Of a stretch of DNA of 64,000 nt, positions 57,684 through 64,000 are shown piece by piece. The DNA is from an uncultured Actinomycetes bacterium (GTDB lineage Bacteria > Actinomycetota > UBA4738 > JBBDTT01). Under the pieces are notes generated by a model. It ran no database searches, had not been told where the DNA came from, and was given only the letters and a program-made list of their open reading frames with translations. Made by a program: the position numbers and the translations under genes. Location: the NCBI GenBank assembly GCA_963742735.1, contig CAVUMN010000004.1, positions 576,001 through 640,000 on the forward strand, written 5' to 3'. Each line of letters begins with the position of its first letter. The first letter of the stretch is position 1.

Positions 57684-57758
57684 CCGACGCCCAAATCCCA
57701 CACCGGGAGGGGGGCCGGACCTAGACTTCGGCCCCCTTCCCCAACCCGAGGGCGTCGG
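57684..57758 (+). promoter_or_regulatory. Structured intergenic element / mreB leader
   Basis: Outer stem CCGACGCCC/GGGCGTCGG ends at the mreB ATG and encloses a 15-bp hairpin at 57705-57741. Confidence 0.5.
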
Positions 57759-58808
57759 ATGATCTCGCATTCCTCGCGCCTTCCTCGGCCCCGGCGTCTC
57801 GGCTGGTGGTCGAGGTTGCATCGTCTCCGCGCGCCCCTCGGCCGCGACCTGGGCATCGACCTGGGCACCGCCAACACCGTGATCGTCGTTCGGGGCCAGG
57901 GCGTCGTGCTCACCCAGCCCTCGTACGTGGCGATCGACCGTGACGAGGGCCGGATCATCGCCATCGGCTCCGAGGCGAAGGAGATGGTCGGACGGGTCCC
58001 CGATCACATCGAGGTGATCCGCCCTCTCCGCGCGGGCGTGATCTCGGACTTCGAGGCGGCCCAGGCCATGCTCCGGGACCTGATCCACCGGGTCCACCGC
58101 CGGCGCGCGCTCGTGAAGCCCCGGGTGGTGGTGTGCGTGCCCTCCGGGGTCACTCAGGTGGAGGAGCGGGCGGTGGAGGAGGCCGTGGTCGAGGCCGGAG
58201 CCCGCAAGGCCGTGATCGTGACCGAGCCGCTGGCGGCCGCGCTGGGCGCGGGGCTTCCGGTGGACGGCCCCAAGGGGTCCATGGTCGTGGACGTTGGCGG
58301 CGGGACCACGGAGGTCGCCGTCTTCTCCCTGGGCGCCATGGTCGTGGGCCACTCGGCCCGGGTGGGGGGCGACGCGATCGACCAGGCGGTGATGGCCTTC
58401 CTGCGCAAACAGCACGGGATCCAGGTCGGCGAGCGAACCGCGGAGAAGATCAAGTGGGCCGTCGGCACCGCGTGGCCTCGGGACAACGAGACGATCGCGG
58501 AGATCCTCGGGCGCGACGTCGTCGACGGCCGTCCCCGGCGGGTGCTCATCGCCGAGGACGACTTCCGGGAGGGGATCAACGAGCCGATCCAGGCCATCGT
58601 CGACGCCGTGACCGGGGTCTTCGACCGGATGCCCCCCGAGCTGACCCCGGACGTGGTGGCCCGCGGCATGACCCTCACCGGCGGAGGCGCGCTCCTGGCC
58701 GGTCTGGACGAGCGGATCCAGGACGAGACCGGCGTGCAGGTGTTCGTGGACCGCGAGCCGCTGTCGTGCGTGGCCCGGGGCGCCGGGCTGCTCCTCGAGC
58801 GCCTCTAG
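57759..58808 (+). CDS. mreB: Rod shape-determining protein MreB/Mbl
   Basis: GIDLGTANT, RPLRAGVISDF, VPSGVTQVEERAV, EPLAAALGAGL, DVGGGTTEVA, LTGGGALL. Confidence 0.93.
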   Translation: MISHSSRLPRPRRLGWWSRLHRLRAPLGRDLGIDLGTANTVIVVRGQGVVLTQPSYVAIDRDEGRIIAIGSEAKEMVGRVPDHIEVIRPLRAGVISDFEAAQAMLRDLIHRVHRRRALVKPRVVVCVPSGVTQVEERAVEEAVVEAGARKAVIVTEPLAAALGAGLPVDGPKGSMVVDVGGGTTEVAVFSLGAMVVGHSARVGGDAIDQAVMAFLRKQHGIQVGERTAEKIKWAVGTAWPRDNETIAEILGRDVVDGRPRRVLIAEDDFREGINEPIQAIVDAVTGVFDRMPPELTPDVVARGMTLTGGGALLAGLDERIQDETGVQVFVDREPLSCVARGAGLLLERL

Positions 58809-58828
58809 GGGGCGAGGGCGGCACAAAC

Positions 58829-58862
58829 GAAAGCGCCGGAGTCCGAAGACTCCAGCGCTTTC
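58829..58862 (-). terminator. Intrinsic terminator (possibly bidirectional)
   Basis: Minus strand GAAAGCGCTGGAGTC-TTCG-GACTCCGGCGCTTTC followed by GTTTGT, between convergent genes. Confidence 0.75.
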
Positions 58863-58926
58863 ACGGCGATTTCTACGCCATTGGCCGGGCGCCGGTCAAG
58901 CCGGCGTTCGAGTTTTGTCACTCTTT

Positions 58927-59586
58927 CTACTCCGCGGCCAGCGCGGGCAGCTGCCTCCATGCCCCGGCCACGCGCTGGAGCACGGTCAGGCCCCCCATCC
59001 CCACGAGGATGACGAGCACCGGCAGCATGGCCCCAGGCGCGGTGAGCCCGATCATCAAGGCGACGTAGCGCTCCATGCGCTGGAAGAACCCCTCGCTCAC
59101 CTTGACCCCGTAGGCCTCGCCCTCGGCGCGCAGGTGGCTGACCCCCAGCGAGATGACCAGGGCGCCGAGCGCCAGACCGGCCTCGAGCCGGAGCCCCTGC
59201 TCCGCGAGGGACCAGAAGATGGCCCCGAACATCAGCATGTCGGCCACCCGGTCGAGCGAGGAGTCCAGGAAGGCGCCGAACTGGCTGTCCTCGCCCCGTT
59301 GTCGCGCGACGGACCCGTCGAGAACGTCGAAGATCCCCGCGGGGATCAGCAGCAGCCCGGGAACGAACCAGGCGCCGCCGACGATCAGGAACGCGGCCAC
59401 CGCGCTCGTGAGCAGCGAAAGCATGGTGAGCTCCCACGGCCGGATTCCGGACCGGATCAGCCCTGCCAGTGCCAGGCGGAACGGCCACGTGAAGACCCGC
59501 TGGAACAGGGGGCCCATCGCGCTCGGGTTCCGCCGGGGGCCGGGGAGGTCGCGCGCCTTCGGGTTCCGGGAGGTGGGCTCGCCCAT
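58927..59586 (-). CDS. CDP-alcohol phosphatidyltransferase (PgsA/PIP-synthase-like)
   Basis: DVLDGSVARQRG...FGAFLDSSLDRVAD signature; SHLRAEGE; QRMER. Confidence 0.92.
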   Translation of the reverse strand: MGEPTSRNPKARDLPGPRRNPSAMGPLFQRVFTWPFRLALAGLIRSGIRPWELTMLSLLTSAVAAFLIVGGAWFVPGLLLIPAGIFDVLDGSVARQRGEDSQFGAFLDSSLDRVADMLMFGAIFWSLAEQGLRLEAGLALGALVISLGVSHLRAEGEAYGVKVSEGFFQRMERYVALMIGLTAPGAMLPVLVILVGMGGLTVLQRVAGAWRQLPALAAE

Positions 59587-59640
59587 TGCGGCGGAGCCTA
59601 CCTCCGGCGGGTCCGTGCGGGGAGCTTGCATCGTTGAGGC

Positions 59641-59666
59641 GGTTGCCTTCACGCTTGCCCGGGTAC
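59641..59666 (+). promoter_or_regulatory. SigF/SigB-type promoter of the histone-like gene
   Basis: GGTTG-N15-GGGTAC upstream of the AAGGAGG RBS. Confidence 0.5.
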
Positions 59667-59705
59667 GCGTGTAGAAGGCAAGCCAAGCGCACGAAGGAGG
59701 TTCGC

Positions 59706-60134
59706 ATGCCTGCGAAGGACAAGGTCAAAGAGGTCGGGTTCGCGGCCGTCGGCGCCGCCGGCCTGGCGGTGGAGACGGCGAAGACCGTTGCCAGGACGGC
59801 CACGAAGCGTGCGGAGGGCGCCCGGAAGTCCGCGACCAAGGTCGCCCGCGACGTGACCACGCGCGGCAAGCGGGTGGCCGGGACGGTGACCACGCGCGGC
59901 AAGCGGGTGGCCGGCAGCGTGACCAACCGAGCGTCCGGGACCGCGAAGCGCGCCGTCGGCCAGGCCAGGTCCGTGGCGAAACGCGCCGCGTCCACGACGA
60001 AGCGGACGGCCAAGCGGGCGCCCGCCAAGAAGTCCTCGGCCAAGAAGTCCCCGGCGAAGCGGTCCGGCACGAAGAAGTCCACGGCGAAGCGGCCCGCTGC
60101 CCGAAAGGCCGCGGCGAGCCGGTCGAGCGGCTAG
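59706..60134 (+). CDS. Lys/Arg/Ala/Thr-rich histone H1-like basic protein
   Basis: AAGGAGG RBS; 11-aa repeats VTTRGKRVAG(T/S) and an AKKS/PAKK tail. Confidence 0.8.
   Translation: MPAKDKVKEVGFAAVGAAGLAVETAKTVARTATKRAEGARKSATKVARDVTTRGKRVAGTVTTRGKRVAGSVTNRASGTAKRAVGQARSVAKRAASTTKRTAKRAPAKKSSAKKSPAKRSGTKKSTAKRPAARKAAASRSSG
59853..59930 (+). repeat. 33-nt coding tandem repeat
   Basis: GTGACCACGCGCGGCAAGCGGGTGGCCG at 59853 and 59886; degenerate third copy at 59919. Confidence 0.85.
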
Positions 60135-60928
60135 CCGGTCGCCGGCTCCGGCTGGCACGCGGGGCAGAACCAGGTGGTCCGGCCGGCGGCGACCGTTCGC
60201 TCCAGCGCGGTTCCGCATCTCGGGCAGCGGGCGCCCGGCCGGCCTCGGACGTGAGAGAGCCACGATCGCTTGCGGCTCAGGTAGTCGTAGCGGTCGACGG
60301 CCTCACGCAGCACCGACCGGCTCACCCTGGCGAGGTTGAGGACCTCGTCGTCGGAGAGGTCCTCGAACCGGCGCCTGGGATGCAGACGGGCCTGCCACAG
60401 CACCTCGTCGGCGACGAGGTTCCCGATGCCGCTCAGGAGCGACTGGTCCATGAGCGCCGACTTCACCTGTCCCCGCCGCGTCCGGAGGCGTGCCGCCACC
60501 GCTCTCGGCTCCAGGGCGAGGGCGTCCGGCCCCACCTGGGCCAGCACGGCCCCGAGGCCCGGCTCGTCCAGGGCCAGCCAGAGTCCGCCGAGCTTGCGCA
60601 TATTGCGAAACCTGATCTCCCCGGCGTCCGTCTCGAAGATGACGCGGTCGTGACGGTGGCGGCCGGCCGGGTCCTCCGCCCAGCTCAGTCCGCCGTCCAT
60701 CCCGAAATGCAGGACCACGGTGGGGCCGTCGGTCGGGGCCAGGAGCCACTTGCCGATCCGGCCGGGGTCCTCGAAGCGCCGCCCTCGCAGGGCCGCGTCC
60801 AGGTCGCGCCCGCTCACGCCGCCGCGGAGGATCCCCGGGTCGGTGACCACCGCGCGCCGGACCGTGCGGCCGGGCGCATGGGCGGCCCAGGTGCGCCGCA
60901 GATGTTCGACGTCGGGGAGCTCGGGCAT
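60131..60928 (-). CDS. Fpg/MutM-like DNA glycosylase
   Basis: MPELPDVE, GKWLL, HFGMDG, RKLG, DQSLLSGIGNLVADE, CPRC...CPACQ. Confidence 0.92.
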   Translation of the reverse strand: MPELPDVEHLRRTWAAHAPGRTVRRAVVTDPGILRGGVSGRDLDAALRGRRFEDPGRIGKWLLAPTDGPTVVLHFGMDGGLSWAEDPAGRHRHDRVIFETDAGEIRFRNMRKLGGLWLALDEPGLGAVLAQVGPDALALEPRAVAARLRTRRGQVKSALMDQSLLSGIGNLVADEVLWQARLHPRRRFEDLSDDEVLNLARVSRSVLREAVDRYDYLSRKRSWLSHVRGRPGARCPRCGTALERTVAAGRTTWFCPACQPEPATG

Positions 60929-60955
60929 GGCTCGAGAGTGTAGGCAGGGGCCGCG

Positions 60956-61384
60956 TTGAGATCGCGACCGGGGCTCTGGAGGGTCCTGTGGCGCGGCGCC
61001 CGCCGCCGGTGCCCTCGCTGCGGGGCGGGCGGCCTGTTCGAGAGCTGGTTCAGGATGCGCCCGGCCTGTGCGAGCTGTGGGCTGGAGACGGAGCGGCGCG
61101 AGGAAGGCTTCTGGCTCGGCGGGATGGCCATCAACCTGGGGATCACGCAGGTCCTGTTCTTCGCGTTCCTGATCGGCGGGATGGTCCTGACGTGGCCGGA
61201 TCCACCCTGGACGTGGCTGCTGATCGGCGGCCTCGCGATGAACCTGGTGCTGCCGTTCCTGTTCTATCCGATGTCGAAGTCGATCTTCCTCGCCGTCGAC
61301 ATGCTCATGTTCCGGATGGACCCGCGGCAGGATCAGCCGCAGGGTCCGTACGATTCGCCGAGCGAGCCGAGGAGGGAACAGTGA
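60956..61384 (+). CDS. DUF983-type zinc-ribbon membrane protein
   Basis: CPRCGAGGLF...CASCG followed by two TM helices. Confidence 0.85.
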   Translation: MRSRPGLWRVLWRGARRRCPRCGAGGLFESWFRMRPACASCGLETERREEGFWLGGMAINLGITQVLFFAFLIGGMVLTWPDPPWTWLLIGGLAMNLVLPFLFYPMSKSIFLAVDMLMFRMDPRQDQPQGPYDSPSEPRREQ

Positions 61385-61689
61385 GCTGGACCACGGTGGG
61401 GAAGGCGGGCGAGGTCCGCGACGGCGACATCCGCACGTACTTCATCGGCGACCGGCGGATCGCCGTGGCACGCGAGGGCGACGCCCTGTACGCGTTCGAC
61501 GACGAGTGCCGGCACCAGCGGTGCTCGCTGTCCGACGGCGACGTCGAGGAGGCCACCGTGATGTGCCCGTGCCACGCCGGGACGTACGACCTGACCACCG
61601 GCGCCGTGATCTCCGGCCCTCCCCCCGAGCCGATCGGCGTCTATCCCGTGGCCGAGGAGGACGGGGAGCTGCGCATCTCGGTCGACTGA
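61381..61689 (+). CDS. Rieske-type ferredoxin
   Basis: CRH...CPCH Rieske ligands; GTYDLTTG. Confidence 0.92.
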   Translation: MSWTTVGKAGEVRDGDIRTYFIGDRRIAVAREGDALYAFDDECRHQRCSLSDGDVEEATVMCPCHAGTYDLTTGAVISGPPPEPIGVYPVAEEDGELRISVD

Positions 61690-62918
61690 TGCCCGAACGG
61701 ATCGCGATCGTGGGCGCGAGCCTGGCCGGGGGGACGGCGGCGGCGACGCTTCGCGACGAGGGCTTCGACGGCGAGATCGTCCTGATCGGCGAGGAGTCGC
61801 AGCCCCCGTACGAGCGACCCCCGCTCTCGAAGGAGTACCTGCGGGGCGAGGAACCCTTCGAGCGGGCCCTCGTCCGGCCGGAGGCGTTCTGGGCCGAGGC
61901 GGGGATCACCCTGCGCACCGGCGAGCGGGCGGAGTCCCTCGACCTCGCGGGTCGAACGGTGCGGCTGGCCGGAGGCGACGAGGTGGCGTTCGACCGGCTG
62001 CTGCTGACCACGGGCGGCGTGAACCGGCGGCTCCCCGTACCGGGCGCGGACCTGGACAACGTGCTGGACCTGCGCACGGTCGCCGACGCCGACCGGATCC
62101 GGGAGGCCGCGTCCGGCGCGACCTCGGCCGTGGTCGTGGGCATGGGGTTCATCGGCGCCGAGGTGGCCGCGTCGCTGCGGCAGCGCGGCCTGGACGTGAC
62201 CGTGGTCGAGGTGGTCACGACGGCCCTCGTCCGCGCGTTGGGGGAGGAGGTCGGCCGCGCGGTGGAGGCCTGCCACCGCGACCAGGGCGTCGTGATGCGG
62301 TTCAACGACGGCGTCGAGGCGTTCGAAGGCGACGGCCGCGTCGAGCGGGTCCGCACGAAGACGGGCGACGTCGAGTGCGACCTCGCCGTCGTCGGGGTCG
62401 GCATCCGGCCCGCGACGGAGCTCGCCGAGGCCGCGGGTCTCGACATCGACGACGGCATCGTCGTCGACGAGCTGTGCCGGACCTCCGCCGAGGGCGTCTA
62501 CGCGGCCGGGGACGTGGCCCGCCACGTCCACCCCCTGGCCGGCGGCCCCATCCGGGTGGAGCACTGGAACAACGCGATCAAGCAGGGGGAGGCCGCCGCG
62601 CGCAGCATGCTGGGGGTGGGCGAGCCGTACGCCGAGGTGCACTGGTTCTGGTCGGACCAGTTCGAGCACAACCTGCAGTACGCCGGGTTCCACGGAGACC
62701 ACGACGAGCTCGTGGTGCGGGGAAGCCTGGAGGAGCGTCGGTTCGCCGCCTTCTACCTCGAGGACGGGAAGCTGACCGGCGTCGCCTCCCTCGACTGGCC
62801 GCGCGACGTCCGCCGCGCGCAGAAGCTGATCGCCGCCGGCGTCTCGCCGGACCCGGCCGCGCTACGCGATCCCGGCGTCGATCTGCGTACGCTGGCTCCG
62901 GCAAAGGAGACGCCATGA
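61689..62918 (+). CDS. FAD/NAD(P)H ferredoxin reductase
   Basis: GASLAG, PYERPPLSK, GMGFIGAE, AAGDVA, EHWNNA, WFWSDQ. Confidence 0.93.
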   Translation: MPERIAIVGASLAGGTAAATLRDEGFDGEIVLIGEESQPPYERPPLSKEYLRGEEPFERALVRPEAFWAEAGITLRTGERAESLDLAGRTVRLAGGDEVAFDRLLLTTGGVNRRLPVPGADLDNVLDLRTVADADRIREAASGATSAVVVGMGFIGAEVAASLRQRGLDVTVVEVVTTALVRALGEEVGRAVEACHRDQGVVMRFNDGVEAFEGDGRVERVRTKTGDVECDLAVVGVGIRPATELAEAAGLDIDDGIVVDELCRTSAEGVYAAGDVARHVHPLAGGPIRVEHWNNAIKQGEAAARSMLGVGEPYAEVHWFWSDQFEHNLQYAGFHGDHDELVVRGSLEERRFAAFYLEDGKLTGVASLDWPRDVRRAQKLIAAGVSPDPAALRDPGVDLRTLAPAKETP

Positions 62919-63853
62919 GGCTCGGCATGGTTGGGCTGGGGCGGATGGGCGGCAACATGACCGCCCGGCTGATCCGGTTCGGGCACGAGGTCGTTGCGTT
63001 CGACCCGGCGGCCGACGCCCGTGAGCGGGCCGGCGCGGCCGGCGCCGAGCCGGTCGATTCGATCGCCGGGATCGTGGCGGCGCTCGAGGGGCCCCGGGTG
63101 GTGTGGGTGATGGTCCCCGCCGGCCCGGTCACCGACTCGATCCTCTCGGAGCTCGGCGCCGCACTGTCCGAGGGCGACCTGGTCGTCGACGGGGGCAACT
63201 CCAAGTACACGGAGTCACAGCGCCACGCCCGGGAGCTCGCCGCGAACGGCATCGCCTTCCTGGACTGCGGGACGAGCGGCGGCGTGTGGGGACTGGAGAA
63301 CGGCTACTGCCTGATGGTGGGCGGCGAACCGGACGCGTTCGCGCTGGCCGAGCCGGTCTTCGCCGCGCTCGCGCCCGAAGGCGGATACGCCCACGTGGGC
63401 CCCTCCGGCGCCGGACACTTCGTGAAGATGGTCCACAACGGCATCGAGTACGGGTTGCTCGCCGCCTACGGCGAGGGCTTCGAGATCATGCGGGCGTCCT
63501 CGTTCGACCTGGACCTGCCGGAGATCGCCTCGATCTGGCAGTACGGCAGCGTGGTCCGGTCGTGGCTGCTCGAGCTCCTGGTCGGCGCGTACGAGCAGGA
63601 CCCGGGCCTCGAGGGCGTCCGCGGATACGTCGAGGACTCCGGCGAGGGGCGGTGGACGCTCGAGGCCGCGATCGAGGAGAACGTGCCGGCGTTCAGCACC
63701 GCGTCGGCGCTGTTCCTGCGGTTCCTTTCGCGGCAGGACGAGTCCTACGCGGCGAAGGTCATCGCGGCGCTGCGCCAGCAGTTCGGCGGCCACGCGGTGA
63801 AGGCCATCGAGACTCCGGAGTCGCCCGAGGCCGGCCCGGGGGGCGAGGGCTGA
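62915..63853 (+). CDS. gnd: 6-phosphogluconate dehydrogenase (decarboxylating, short form)
   Basis: GLGRMG, DGGN, GTSGGVWG, GHFVKMVHNGIEYG, DSGEGRWT, QFGGH. Confidence 0.95.
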   Translation: MRLGMVGLGRMGGNMTARLIRFGHEVVAFDPAADARERAGAAGAEPVDSIAGIVAALEGPRVVWVMVPAGPVTDSILSELGAALSEGDLVVDGGNSKYTESQRHARELAANGIAFLDCGTSGGVWGLENGYCLMVGGEPDAFALAEPVFAALAPEGGYAHVGPSGAGHFVKMVHNGIEYGLLAAYGEGFEIMRASSFDLDLPEIASIWQYGSVVRSWLLELLVGAYEQDPGLEGVRGYVEDSGEGRWTLEAAIEENVPAFSTASALFLRFLSRQDESYAAKVIAALRQQFGGHAVKAIETPESPEAGPGGEG

Positions 63854-64000
63854 TGGCGGTCAAGCCCGTCGAGCCCCAGGCGGTGGTGATCTTCGGCGCC
63901 TCCGGCGACCTGACCCGGCGCAAGCTGCTCCCCGCCTTCTACCACCTGTTCCTCGAGGACCTGCTGCCCCGGGCGTTCGCGGTGGTCGGGTCCGCGCGCA
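63853..64000 (+). CDS. zwf: Glucose-6-phosphate 1-dehydrogenase, N-terminal fragment
   Basis: VVIFGASGDLTRRKLLPAFY; ATG overlaps the gnd TGA. Not in the ORF track. Confidence 0.92.
   Translation, partial: MAVKPVEPQAVVIFGASGDLTRRKLLPAFYHLFLEDLLPRAFAVVGSAR

Overview
Very GC-rich (about 70% or more by eye), gene-dense chromosomal segment. Gene content (Lhr-Nei, LigC, UvrD2-HRDC, IniA/IniC-like dynamins, many leaderless TANNNT promoters) points to an Actinomycetota genome; this is an inference. It runs from the 3' end of aceE to the 5' end of zwf and holds about 50 genes: secreted/lipid-acting enzymes, DNA repair genes, transporters, a two-component pair, MreB and pentose-phosphate genes. No rRNA, tRNA, CRISPR array, integrase or transposase was recognised. 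Single-base indels, many in homopolymers and dense at about 51.7-57.0 kb, look like long-read assembly error. Most notable observations: (1) two tandem 71-74 nt hairpin RNA candidates, each with its own GGTTT-N15-GGGTA (SigF/SigB-type) promoter and an identical SD-like G-rich loop, divergent from a small RGG/FGG-repeat protein; (2) an orphan gp19-type tail-tube-like domain fused to a membrane anchor and two PKD domains, apparently starting at ATC; (3) an enediyne E8/E9-like pair with a Tat signal and no enediyne PKS in the window; (4) a receptor-like Hsp70-NBD/TM/beta-propeller gene divergent from a dynamin pair. All family assignments come from motif recognition by eye, not from database searches.
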